A stretch of 64,000 nucleotides of DNA from Vicugna vicugna (GCA_013265495.1 MU058423.1:757061-821060), one strand, 5' to 3'. Shown: positions 24,276-36,510, numbered from the stretch's first letter. Numbers and translations: made by a program. The notes: a model not told the origin generated them from the sequence alone.

Positions 24276-25984
24276 ATTTTCTACCCCTCGATAAAAGTGT
24301 TTATTTGTATTAAGTTGGACCTTGAACATGTGATACTCAGACCAACCCTTCTGCCCAGTCGTAAGCAAAGGCCGAGTTTCACACTTTTGCATCTCCTGCA
24401 GCGCTGGATGCCCACAATGAGGCCCAGGAATGCTTGTTGTGATTTTCTGCCCACATTGGAATCTAGTACTCAGGCCCTGAGAAACAGATCCCCAGAACAG
24501 CGCAAACCCTTCTCCCTTTGTGTTTTCTTCTCCCTCTGTACTTGCCTCTCTTCTCTGTTTGCTCCCCTGCTCCTCCTCTCGCCTTCCAGAAGCCCTTTCC
24601 CTACTCACAGGTTTCTCCCTCATCTCTTCTGCCTTCACCTTCCTCCTTTCCCACCCTCCCCTCTCCTGCATTGCACTGTCAGCCTGGACCAGCAGCAGGG
24701 AGGCCCGTTCCCAGAGGGGAGAGGTCTGCTTGCTGAGAAGGGAGAGTAAAAAAGACCCTGGTCACAGACTTCCAGCTAATTGATTTGAGGGTTTTTAAGC
24801 ATCTCTGGGAAAATGCCCTGCCCAGCTGGGATGGAAACTCTCTCCAGCCCTAGAGAGAAAAAAAGTAAGTAGAAAAACTAGCAGAATAGCCTGACAGGCT
24901 ACAGAGAGGAGAAGAAATAAATTCCATCCTTAAGTGTGGGCCAGAGGCCCATGGCCCTCCCTGGCACCTCCCAGGGCTGCTGCCTCCCTGCGCCTGGGAG
25001 GCTGGCTCTCTGCCCTGGTGAATCACGGGCTCGGTGGGGAGTGATCTGTTTGCTGCTAAGCGCTTGTCTGCGGCTGCTTCTCCAGAAGCTGGAGCCATTT
25101 ACAGATGAGAATAGCACTCATCTCTGGCAGGGGAGCCCCATGCCCTGCACCAGCCCTGTGCCTGGAAATAGATCTTCCTGTAGAGGCTGAGCTGGCGTGG
25201 AAACCGGCCGGACACGTAGCAGGGACACAGGCAAACCTGTGAGTCCAGTGGGCCTGGCAGGCTGCCTCCGCGGAGCAGGCGGATGGAGCTTGCCTTGGTC
25301 ATCCTTGACCCCAGGGCTCACTGGGAACTCACCTGATGTTTATGGAAGGAGTGAGTGGTGGCCAAACAAGGTTCTTTGGAGGTCAGGCCGTTATCTCCTG
25401 TATTTCCTCCCTTCTCGCCGTGTGCTTACCTGGCCCCCTTCACATACATACACACACAGTCCCCATTGGAGAAAAGTCATCATACCCAAGACAAGAATTA
25501 CAAAGCAAAACAAAATAATACAAGCAAATAAACTAACAACAATACAATACTAATAATACAAGCAAAAATGTAATCAGATGACAAATATCACTCCAGCCCA
25601 GGGTTGCACTGGCCCCTGTGAATTCTTAGACAACTGGTCTACCAGAGGTCATTTGTCGGCCATTATGAGAATATACGGAGTTCCTCCAAACTTCAGCATC
25701 CTCCTTGAAAGTCCCAGATGGAAGAAGGAAAGTCCCCACGACAAATCCCTTTCTCTCTTTAGCTCTTCTCGTAAAAGCATTGTCCTGACAGTTTTGTACC
25801 AAGAACAGTTCATCTCATGTGTCTGAAGGGCAAGTCACTTAACCTCTCTGAGTCTTAATTTCATCTATTAAATGAGAATAACAAAAAATACAGTTATCAC
25901 AAGACTTAAGCGAGAATTGAGCTGACGTTGGAGACAGCATATCATAAACGTTAAAGTGCAGGACAAATGTCTGCTGTGTGCACT

Positions 25985-26115
25985 GTAGTCTCCTCTGCTG
26001 GAATGTAAGCTCCATGAGGGCAGGAACCTTGCTTTGTTCACTGCTGTATCCCCAGCACCTAGAACAGATCGTGACACATGGTAATCACTCATATGTTGAA
26101 TCAATTAACAAATGA
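25985..26115 (+). mobile_element. L2 LINE 3' end
   Basis: ctggaatgtaagctccatgagggcaggaaccttgctttgttcactgctgtatccccagcacctagaacag. Confidence 0.9.
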
Positions 26116-26924
26116 CCAACTGGTTGTCCAGAACACAGGGCTTGGGCAAGTCATGTCACTTATCCACAACCCAGCCTTGATGCCTCTGGGAAAAAGGGAC
26201 TTGTCCTCCTCAATCTGCCTTTGTATCTGCAGCATCTGACAAGAGTTCCTGACTCATACCGTCTTACCCAACATATTTGTTACCAGTTGGTTAACTGAAT
26301 TATGAATCTGCCCGTAAACAGTGGCCTCCTAGACCTTTCCTATTCACTGGGGCCCCTGCGACCCGTTTTCTGTGCAGGGTGAGGTGTGAGGACAAAGAAC
26401 AGCTCTGACAGGATGTGGTTAAGCCCTTTGCAAACACAAAGAGCAACATAACCTTCTGAGTTCTCACTTCTCGATGTTTAATCATAATCTCGTAGTCTCT
26501 GGGGGAGTATTACAAGAAGGATGTGTTGTTCTCAGTCCAGCGAGGTTAGACAAGGAGGAAACAGGCATGTGCTAAGCCAGAGGGTCCTGGAGATTGGAGG
26601 GTGAGCCCCGGCAGGCCGTGGGCTGGCGCCCTCCACCGGTCATCAGGAAGAGCCTGGCTGCATTCTTCCATTGGAGGCAAGGACGTCTCCCCCATCTTGT
26701 TTACTCAGCAAGTACTATCGGGGGAACAGATTCTCTTCCCAGCCCTGAGCTCAGCATCACAGAGGTGTGGGGCGGTGGCCACCTGAACACCAACTCCAAC
26801 AGGGCACTATCAATCCCTTTGTCCTTGGTGTCCCCACTGCCCTGGGCGTGGGTTCACCATGGCCCCCGTAACACTTTGCTGCACTTACGTGACTCCATGG
26901 GGCAGCTGAGCTGATAATTTTTTC

Positions 26925-27150
26925 AGGATAACAGCTAACATATGTTGAGTACCTACTGTGTGCCAAGCACTGGGCCCGGTGCTATACACACATTAGCACA
27001 TTTAGTCCTCACAACACCCAGTGAGGTGGGTTGTATTCTCCCCTTTACTCAGATGTGGAGACTGAGGCTTGTCTAAGATCGCAGGGCCAGTCAGTGAAGT
27101 GGTGGAGCCAGGACTCAAGCTCAGTTCTTCTGACACCAAATCCGTGCTCC
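26925..27150 (-). mobile_element. MIR SINE
   Basis: acagctaacatatgttgagtacctactgtgtgccaagcactg...tttagtcctcacaacacc...agatgtggagactgaggc. Confidence 0.9.
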
Positions 27151-27193
27151 TTGTGCCACTGGCACACACAGAGGGAGACAGTGGAGCCAGTGT

Positions 27194-27304
27194 GCCAGCC
27201 CGCCCGCCTGCCTGCCTGCTTGCCTTCCTTCCTCCCTCCCTTCCTCCCTCCCTCTTCCTTCCTTCCTTCATTCCTTCCTTCCTTCTTCCTTCTTCCTTCC
27301 TCCT
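27194..27304. repeat. Compound pyrimidine-rich microsatellite (GCCC/GCCT/CCTT/CTT)
   Basis: read directly. Confidence 0.9.
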
Positions 27305-28329
27305 GTCGGGGACCTGCTCTAGTCGGGCACAGAGATGGCACTGGGGATGCGTACTGGCCCCATTACCATGGTGCTTAGGTTGCGTGGCGGGGACCACAGT
27401 CAGCTGACAGCAGGGCAGGCTGTGGGCCAGGCCGAGGTGGGGTGCAGGGCACTGCTCCCTGTGTTATGGGTTTCACCTCGGGCCTCCTGCAATGGTAACA
27501 GCTGAAATGCCCATACTTGCTTTCACTTCCCTCTTCTTGGAGCATAATCACCTCCAGGAAATGTATTCACATATTTGAGAAGGAACATTTGCTAAGTTCC
27601 TTGTGTGTGCCAGGCATGGCAGGGGATACACAAAGACCAATGAACCGACTTTGGGGCAGTAGAGAGCCCACGGGGACAACACGTGAGCAGACCCACCACA
27701 GCGCCACTGCGCACCTGCCCTCCTGGAGGCCGCTGGGTGGCCCTAGGGGCGGGGCAGGGGGTGCTGCGCCCCTGAGAGAGTCCTTTGCAGGAACAGACAG
27801 AGGGAACCTCAGGCCCCCCAGGAAGGGCCTCTCTGGGGCCCAACTAAGCTGCCCTCCAACTGCTGCAATCAAGGGCGACGTTTGGCTTTTTAATTGTATC
27901 CTCACTTTTCATTCATCGAGAGTGGAATGACAATGGCAGCTGTCAAGTGGGGCAGCAGTTACAGACTCTGAGCGGGCATCGGGTGGCCTATGTCCCACCC
28001 TCCTGTTCCCCAGGCTCCAAACTTGGCCGGGCCTCCCTGTGGGCCTCAGTCCTTCCTCTGCCCCCCTTGCCATCTACCCCCTGCCTGCAGAGGCAGCCAG
28101 ATTGGATTTTTAATGTAGTTTCCCCCTTCTGTTTTGTATTTACATAATAACAAGTCTAATAAATAGTTGTCGAGAAGATGGATGAGGGCCCTGTCTTTAT
28201 GTTTTCCTGACAGATTTAGTCCTTTATGAAACTCGCCAAAGCAGAGGCTTTGCTGAAGCTAATGAAAGGTAATCACCGTGAGGCCCCAGTTGGGTTTAGC
28301 TTGGAGTAATTGGAAGGAACATGAAACTT

Positions 28330-28500
28330 GGAATCAGAGTTCCTGGATTTGGATCCTGGCCATGCCACTCCCGGGCTGGGTAAACTTCCCGAGCCTCCAT
28401 CTCTTCCCCTGTGGAGTGGGGTGAATGACACCTGCCCTGCCAGCTTCACTGGGCAGAGTGATAGTGCTTTGTAAGTTCTAATCCATCTCTTGAGTGCCGT
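28330..28500 (+). mobile_element. MIR SINE
   Basis: ttggaatcagagttcctggatttggatcctggccatgccact...ctgggtaaacttccc. Confidence 0.65.
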
Positions 28501-29488
28501 GAAGGTAACAGGATGGCCCCTTGTTCTCCCCAGCCTTCTTTCTCCAGGCTGTAGCCTACAAGAGGCACGACACCATGCCAATATAACCCCTCTCCTGGGA
28601 GAAAAGGAAAGGGCATCGCGGCCTTGGAGTAAACATCCGGACACCTGGGTTCTTGCTCTATTCCTGTCTTACTGTGTGACTTCAGACAAATCGCTTTCCC
28701 TCTCTGGACCTCAGCTTCTTTTCCTGAAAAAATGAGAGTACTCCATGAGCCAGTGTCTAGGTTTCCTCCAGCTTTATAGTCTCCATTCCAATCGGCAAAG
28801 AAGAGGAAAACAATGCTGTGTGCCTGGGGAGGTGCTGAGGCCATACCTGTGGGGTAGGTGAGGCTGGAATGGTGCTCGCTCACCATGGAGACAGGGCTGA
28901 GAGGGAACAGTTGGTGTCCGGGCCCCACTGACCTGTTTGCAGTCACTCTTTTGGGCCAGGATTCGGCCAGCATCCTCTGCTGCATCTCAGCCCACTTTGA
29001 GGTGCAGCTTTCTCAGCCCCTTCTCCAGGAGAATAGCCTCCCCTCCAGCTGGCCTGAAATACGACTCCCACTTCCCCACGTTCAACACTCATTTCCTGTC
29101 CCAGGACGCCCTTCCCAGGTTCCCCTTCCTTCCAAAAGCCAGCGCTCCCTTCCCTGCTCAAAGCTCCCCTGCCCCAGTCTCCCAGCAGCGCCTCCCACTC
29201 TCTTTTCCGGCTGCAGGACTTGGCCTGCTCTGTGCCCTCACGGTTCCAGCACTGGTTCCAATGCCGGACAAAGGGTCAGGAGTCGCGTGCTTAAAGGCAG
29301 CCACCTCCACACCAGAAAGAAGGCGGGAAGGCCCAGTCCTGCCACTTTCTCAAGTTGAGATTGAGAGTGTTGGGGCCAGAGCCTCAATTCCTTATCTAGA
29401 AAAATGAAAATGCTATCGTTCTTCCCTGACTAAAAATGGAATCTCCCTCCCCTTTCCCACTTAATTTCCTCCCTAATATGTATCCTCT

Positions 29489-29770
29489 TGTCTTAATTTA
29501 GGCTCCCCTAAAATCCAAGCCCAAGCCTTGGGTGCCACTGCATGTGAGCAGCGAGCCCTCAGGGCAGGCGGTGAGTGAGACAGGAAGGAGGAAGGGCCAG
29601 CAATGGGGGTAGGTCGGTGAGCTGGGTTTCCTGGGGGCAGTCCAGGCTCAGCCCCACGGGGACCTCAGGGGGACCGTGTAGGCAAGCCCAGAACTGTCAC
29701 CCCAAGGACACGCACGGAGCCTGGGGTACTTGAGCCTGTCTCCCGTTGGCCGTGCCCCTGTGAGTACAGA
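29489..29770. mobile_element. Old ERVL-class solo LTR fragment (LTR16/LTR33-like)
   Basis: tgtcttaatttaggctcccc ... gtgagacaggaaggaggaagggccagcaat ... gggcagtccaggctcagcccc ... ggagcctggggtactt. Confidence 0.5.
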
Positions 29771-29834
29771 GGGCTTCCCCGGGCTTCAGAGGAAGCCTTT
29801 ATTTATCTTACCATCTGTCTTCCTCCCCCAGCCC

Positions 29835-29945
29835 TACACAGACCGAAGCTCCCCAAGTGCGGGGATCTGTGTCTGTCTGTTCACAGCTGTGCCTAGATCT
29901 GTGCATGGCACACAGTAGACGCTCAATAAATATGTGTCTGAATGA
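29835..29945 (+). mobile_element. L2 LINE 3' end
   Basis: tgttcacagctgtgcctag...ggcacacagtagacgctcaataaatatgtgtctgaatg. Confidence 0.85.
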
Positions 29946-31209
29946 GAACGAGTTTGAATGTTGAAAAGGATAACATAGGATCCGGCTCATGGTAAGCGTC
30001 CAATCACATTCAGTCTTTATGTGATCCAGTGAAGTGAACATGGCTGTGTCCTCGGCGGTCCAGGTGGGCAGAGGGTCAAGGCATGTTTCTCTCACACCTC
30101 CGAGCCCCCGGGACAGATGAGCTGACAAATGCAGGGCCTTGTGGAGAGCAGCAGGCTGATGCAAGGCAAGGAGAAGCTGATGAGTCCTGGCAGCAGGTCA
30201 CGGCTCTGGTCCGGACGGCTCCCCATCCACACACGACCCCTGAAGGGCTGGCGGGTGGGGCTCTTGGGTCTTGCCCCAGGGAATACTTGTCCTTGCTAAT
30301 TGTGTGTCAGAGGAAACCTGTTTCCTAGGTCAAAGGCAGTTTCTGTTCTGCTGTCAGAAGCTGAAAGACCGTATTTCAGTGGCAAGCAGGGACACTGTTT
30401 GCCTAGAGGTCCCTGTTCCCAGAGTGGGGGTTCGGGTCCCCCAGGCTGGCTCCCTGCAGCTCAGGGCTATTGGAGCCGGACTGCCTCTGGCTGCCTGTCA
30501 TCTGTTGGGGATTACGATGCCATTTGTTCTAATTCTTGTTGACATTTCATTTCACACGCTATTAAATGAACCTCTCCAGAAGGGATGGGAGAAAAGTTTG
30601 CTTTAGCGGGAGAGGAAAAGTAATGTGTACTCTGGGGTCAAACAGGAACCTGATTTGTTTCCATGATAGAAACCTGAGTGGATCTGGAGCCGAGACCCCA
30701 GCCCCTGGCAGTTGGGGCGAGGGTTTGGGCTTGGGTGCTCCCGTGTCATCCTACCCAGAGGACCTGTGTGGCCCCACTGTGTGCAAGGGTGGCTAGGACA
30801 GAAGTGGCCTACAAGGGGTCCCCACGGACGGCAGGTACCAGGCCTCCTTGCCCCCTCTCCACACCTAGACTCTTGATTGTTTACTGCTCCCTCTGGTGAG
30901 AGGCAGAGCCGGCACCCAGCCAGGCCATTTGCTTTCCTGGGCGCCCGTAGCAAGGGACCAGAGGTGGCACACATGTCGGGTTTGACGAGCAAAGCTGGTC
31001 GGCAGCTCGCCAGCGACCCTGCTCTTCTTATCCAGGAAGTAACAGCAGCTGCTGCTCTTCTGAGATAAGTTTGTCAGAGTGGGATACCCTTTCCTCCTCC
31101 TTCCCCTCCTCCTTCCCGCTTGCCTGCGAGAAGTTTTCATTGAGCACCTACTTTGTGCCCCGCGCTGCTCTTGAAGCTGCAAATAGCAGTAAACGAGGCA
31201 GACAGAATC

Positions 31210-31323
31210 CCTCTAAGAAGACTTTCCTCTAAGACTTTCCTCTAAGAAGAGAGACTGGGACTTTCCTCTAAGAAGAGACTTTCCTCTAAGAAGAGACTGG
31301 GACTTTCCTCTAAGAAGAGAGAC
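31210..31323 (+). repeat. Irregular minisatellite with six CCTCTAAG cores, inside an antisense L2 end
   Basis: cctctaag at 31210, 31226, 31239, 31265, 31283, 31307; GGGACTTTCC at 31257 and 31299. Confidence 0.95.
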
Positions 31324-31688
31324 CTGGAGCATTTAGTGACAGTAAGGGGTCACTGATTGGATCCTACGAGGGGAACACCAGGGTGTTGGGGGTGAGGGAA
31401 CATAAAAAAAAAAAAACCAAAAACTTAATACTTAGGTTCTGATCTACTTGTCCAGGAGTAAGGCTGACCCTCGGGTATTTCGCTCTCCCCGGGTGATTAC
31501 TATGTGCAGCAGCTTTGAGAACAGTTGAATGACAATATGGTCAGTGCTTGAAGGGGGATTTGAAGCTGCTTTGAGAGAAAAAAAATGTGGGTTGAGATCT
31601 CATAGGATGGGGGGCCGTCAGAGAAGGATTCCTTGAAGTCTTGTTTGGACCCTAAGACCGAGAGCAAGGCTTCCCCCCCAAAATAGAG

Positions 31689-31857
31689 CAAGGCTTCCCA
31701 AATTTTAATGGGTCTGCAGCAGATCTCCCGAGGATCTTACTGAAATGCAGATTCTGATTCAGGAGGTCTGGGTGAGAGCCTGAGCTTCTGCATTTCTAAT
31801 AAGTCCCGCAGTGATGCCAATTCTGCTGGTCTGCGGACTGCACTTTTAGTAGCCAAG
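31689..31857. mobile_element. MER5-family hAT MITE
   Basis: aaatgcagattctgattcaggaggtctgggtgagagcctgag...ctgcatttctaataag...gtgatgcc...tgctggtctgcggactgcactttt. Confidence 0.9.
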
Positions 31858-32104
31858 ATCTACAAGCAGTTGGGGTGTAGGTGCAGCTGGGAGCCTCTTC
31901 AGGATCTAGGCCCCCCAGGGCTGAGACGTGACCTCTTCCTCCCACACATGGCACATCTGCCCCTGCCCTGGCCTGGGTTTCCTTAACTTCCATTCAGAGG
32001 CAGGGGAATTGCCGGAACTCTCCTGGTTCCAGAGGCCCGAATGGGCCCCCACTCGCCTTGTCCCTCTCATTTCCACCTAGAACGCTTTCCACTCTATGAC
32101 ATCG

Positions 32105-32312
32105 TGTGGTGGTTAGAAATGCAGACTCTGGGGCCGGACTGCCTGGGTTTATGTGCCACTCGATGATGGCCAGTAGCATGGTCTCGAGCAGGTCAGTGTC
32201 TCTGTGCCTCAGTATCATCATCTGTAAAATGGGAGTATTCGATGAGTTACTACTTAGCCCAGTTCCTGGTATATACTGTGTCCTTAATAAATCTTGGCTA
32301 TTATTTTAGCTA
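32105..32312 (+). mobile_element. MIR SINE
   Basis: gtggtggttagaaatgcagactctggggccggactgcctgggttt...tctctgtgcctcagtatcatcatctgtaaaatggg. Confidence 0.9.
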
Positions 32313-32569
32313 TTACCCTCTTCTCCTTTCCTTCTCCACTACCACACACACACACGCACACACACACTCCTCTTGCCTAAACACCTGCCCACCCTGCATT
32401 GGAAAGCGAGTTGGGGAAACTTCCCTGACCCCGTCTCAGTGCCGCTGTGGCTTGCTGTGCTTTTGTCATGCTGCATCGTGTCTGCCTGACTCTCCCCTCC
32501 TTCACCCCAGTCAGCTCACACCCCTCCTTGCTCAGAGACTCATCTCACTTACAGTAAGAGCCAGAGTCC

Positions 32570-32955
32570 CTACATTGGCTGGAATGTTCCCTGCTGTCTT
32601 CTCTGAGGTCCAGCGATACTCCCCCTTCCCCGGTTAGCTCCCACTTCACCAGGGTCCTCCTGCCTTTGTGATGGCTGCTTCCTCTCCCTGGACCAGCCTT
32701 CCCCAGGGAATCCTCGCTTCTCTCCAGCCCACTTCTGTTAGCGTCCTCAACAAAATGTGCCTCTACACCATCACTCTCTGTCCCCTTCCCTTGATTTTCT
32801 TCTTCACAGCCCTCATCACCACCTGACATGTATCTTTATGGGTTGTGGAGCTCCCCAGCTCACCAGGAGTGCAGGACGTCTCTGTTTCATTGACCACTGC
32901 ATCCTGCACCCAGTCTGGCACCTAGGAGGAGCCCAATAAAAATTTGCTGAATAAA
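32570..32955 (+). mobile_element. L2 LINE 3' fragment
   Basis: ctggaatgttccct ... gtctggcacctaggaggagcccaataaaaatttgctgaataaatg. Confidence 0.7.
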
Positions 32956-33457
32956 TGGCAAAGGGTGGGCTCCACATTTCCACATGAGCTAGGGCAGTGT
33001 CTGGCAGGGAATGGGCATTTAGCACGTGGTGGATGAAGGAACCAGCATCCTTAGACTCAGCTCACTTACTGGCAAATCACTTACTTTCTCTGGTCCTCAT
33101 CTATCAAATGAAGGGCTCCTTCCATCCCTAACCATCTATGATTCTGTCTTTTTATGAGAGCTCAATTCAGCGAGAAGACCGATCTGGGCTGCAGTGAAGT
33201 GGCCTTGTGCAAGGAGGCAGGGAGTGAGCTGAAATGTTGGGACAGTGGGTTGAGATCAGACTACAGGAGGCTTTGAATGCTGAGCTTTGGACCTCAGCTT
33301 CATCCCAGAGGCCACGAGGAGCCACAGGGTTGTTGAGTCAGAGAGTGACATGATCAATGTGGTACTTCAGAAAGACTGACTCAGCGGGGTGAGCAGGCTG
33401 GGTAGGGTCGGTCAATTACACTAGACCTCTGCCCAGCCCTCCATCTTGGCTCCTCTG

Positions 33458-33458
<1 letters not shown>

Positions 33459-33500
<42 letters not shown>
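33459..33500. repeat. (TG)21 microsatellite
   Basis: read directly. Confidence 0.97.
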
Positions 33501-33502
<2 letters not shown>

Positions 33503-34419
33503 CAGGCTGGGCCAGGGGATGGAGGGTGAGGCTGGCTGACCCAATTACAGTCTGGGAGTTGTACCCCAGGTTTCAGAAGCCTGTCCCCTTCTCCTTGTGT
33601 GTTCCTGGGAATCGAGCTGGAGAGGTCGGGAAGCCCCACCCTGCTGTTGCCTCCAGTTGGGTCCTTCAGGTGGTTGCACCGTCAGTCCCATCTGTGACCT
33701 CCAGGCGCAGACTGGTTATAATGAAGGAGAAAGTTTCCTGAAAGGGATGAGCACCAGTGTGCAACAGCCAAGCCAGCCTGTCCGGGGAGTCTGCTTGAAT
33801 TCCATTTACACAGCAGACATCCTTTTCATCCTCCTAGTAAGACCAGCAGTCTTTGTCAGCCAGACCTGCACCCGCCTTCCCCAGGGAGTCTGGTGACCCT
33901 GGGCAGGGCTGCTGGAATGGAAAAGCGCAGGGGCTGGTCTGGCTTCAGCTAGGTCAGCATGGATGGTAATGCTGCCTGAGGAGATGCCAGGGGTGCCAGA
34001 GGGGTCACAAGGTCTGCTTCCAGGAAGCGGGTGGCCTGAGCTTCTGGGAACTCTGGCTCACTATGGCCATGATGTACTCATCCCATCCCTTGCCTTCCCA
34101 AGACCTGCTCCTTCTCCCCTGTTCCTCATCTCGGCAGATGGCCCAGCACCTGTCCTGTCCAGGAAGAAGCCCAACCTGGGTCTTATCCAGACAACTTCTC
34201 CCTCCCCCACACCTACATCCATCCATCAGCGCCTGCCTGCTGTCCGTGCCTTCTCACCAGTTTGACATGTTCACTCCCTGCGCTCTGTTTCAGACCCTTA
34301 GCGTCTTTCAGGCAGTTAGTTATCCCACCAGCCTTCCTGCTGGTCTCCTGGTCTTCCGGTCTCCAGTCTCACCCCCACCTGGCCATCCCACAATGAGTTG
34401 CCAGAGAACCATTCATTAG

Positions 34420-34700
34420 CCATTCAGTCATTTAATAAACACTTATTGAGTGACTCATATGTACCAGGAACTGTGCAAGGCACTGGGCGAAGAGAAAGCC
34501 CACGGTGTCTAGTGGGGGAGACAGTGACCCCAAATTACAGGATAATTCAATAATTCCCGTTGGAGCTGGAAGCACTGTGATGAAAAGGGACGGAGGGCTG
34601 AGAGTGCTGGCCAGGGCTCTAATCTAGTCGAGGCGGGGAATAGGGAAGTGCTCCTTGAGTAGGTGCCACTTGAGCAGGCCCCGGAGGGTGAACGGCCTTA
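34420..34700 (-). mobile_element. L2 LINE fragment (sense-strand L2 pieces on both sides)
   Basis: cattcagtcatttaataaacacttattgagtgactcatatgtaccaggaactgtgcaaggcactggg. Confidence 0.8.
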
Positions 34701-36129
34701 AGCAGTGACAGGAGAGGAGGGAGTCACTCGGCAAAGTGGACGGGGCCTTCCCTTCCTCTCTGGCTGCCCCTTAGAGCTCCAGCCCCAGCTCTTGTCTCCC
34801 CACCCCCACGTGCCTTGGTGATGCCAAGCTGGCTGTCCACCCTCCCTTTCCTGGTGCCCAGGGCCTTTGCTCTTGCTGTTCCCTAGAACAGCACCTAGAA
34901 CGCCACCCCCATTCTCCTCCCCTGGCCACCGTCCTCATCCTCCAAGCCTCATACCCTCTCCTCCAAGAAGCCCACCCTGATCTTCCAGTTCAGCCTCATA
35001 ATCATGCCTACCTTGACATGTTTGTATCTGTTCAGGGGTCCTTTTCCTCCATGAGACTCTTACTCCTCCTGGGGACGCCTTTGCTGACCCGATTGGGGCA
35101 TGTAACAGGGACTTGCCAAGGATTATTCAGCTGAGCAGCCTGAACTGAAAAACATGCTCAGGCTGCCAGACAGTGGTCACCAGTCCAGCCACTCAGGTGC
35201 CTAGCCCTGAGCTGACACCTCCCCCAGGGCACAGCCATTCTCCAGACTTGGGCTCTCCCCATCTCCTTATCAAAATACAAGCCGTATTGAGGCAGCCTGT
35301 GCGTGTGTGTGAGCATGCGTACCCGTGTGTGCGCGCGTGTGTGTATAATCAGCAAATTCACAGAAAGCACAATTTATCAGGATAAGATGTTTCCATGTTT
35401 CCCGCATGGATTATACAGAGCAGGCCTGTGCTGTGCATTTTGCTATTTCTGTAAGGCAGTCTTGCAGAGTTTATTTTCCTTGAGCACATTTGTTGGGATA
35501 ATTACATAGGGGGCATGTGTGTATGGATAATTGAAAAGTGGATGGGGCTGTTCTGTGCCGAGGGCAGGCTCACCGTTCTCCCCGTGGGCTGGAATGAGGT
35601 TGGGATTCCAGGGGGATGTGCTTACACTCTCCGGGTCTGCAGCCAGGGCTTCTGGACACACCTCTTCCACACACCTGAACAGGCAAAGTCTGCCCGTCAG
35701 TTTGCAGCCAAAAGGCAGTTCTGCTCCTGGACCCAAATTAGATGGGCTAATGCCGGTGAAGGACGGAGCCCGGGGCCCGGCACGTGGAAGCAGGCAGCAG
35801 AAGACAGAGGTTGTCACCAGCTTCATCATTATTAGCATTAGTATTGTTGCCAGTTTCATTATTATTTAGTATTTCATTGTTATTGTCACCAATTGTATCA
35901 CCAAAATCCTCTGATCGTTGTACCCATCAGACTAAAGATTTGTATCTCCCAGGGGAAAAAAGACGTGTTTTTCTCTCCCTGAGCAATTACAACCAAATAA
36001 AGAGAGGGTATTAAAACAATTTCATTTATGTAGATATCTCTCTACATCAATGAGTGAAAACAGGCAATTCAATTATCTGGGAGTAAGGGAAACAGGTGGT
36101 TGCACAAATAATCCAAAAGCTTAAGCTGC

Positions 36130-36510
36130 GGGCTTTGCAGTTAACTCAGCCAACTCTCTACAGGCAGGCTGGACATGATGAGGTGGATCGGTTGGACCAA
36201 TGTTAAGGGTTTTGGCTGATGAAGTATCCAAAGGATCTTCTTATAAGATAGTTGAATGTATAAAAAAGTCCAGTAGAGATGGACTCTAGGGACGGCATTT
36301 CAATGAAGGCCCTCCTTGTACACTTGAGAATCGACTTAAAAGAATAGGTCTTGTGTTTATGTACATGCTCTGTATTACAGACATGCCGAAGGTATGGATG
36401 GACTTGGCTAAAGTCTGGTGACCTCTGGGGATTCCTTTATGCCTCAGTTTGACGTCAAGAGGAAGTGACACTTATCAGCCAACTGACCTGGATCAATAAA
36501 TAAAAAGAAG
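36130..36510 (+). mobile_element. Probable ancient RTE-clade LINE 3' fossil (L4/MamRTE-like)
   Basis: Broken frames give RWIG (36181), PKDLLIR*LNV*KSP (36228), RIDLKE and WMDLAKV/GDLW (36395), in the order of RTE ORF C-terminal motifs, followed by an A-rich tail. Confidence 0.55.

Noticed and set aside
31210..31323. CRISPR-like array
   Set aside because: The units are short and irregular, the spacers are themselves repeat modules, and the context is mammalian with no cas genes.
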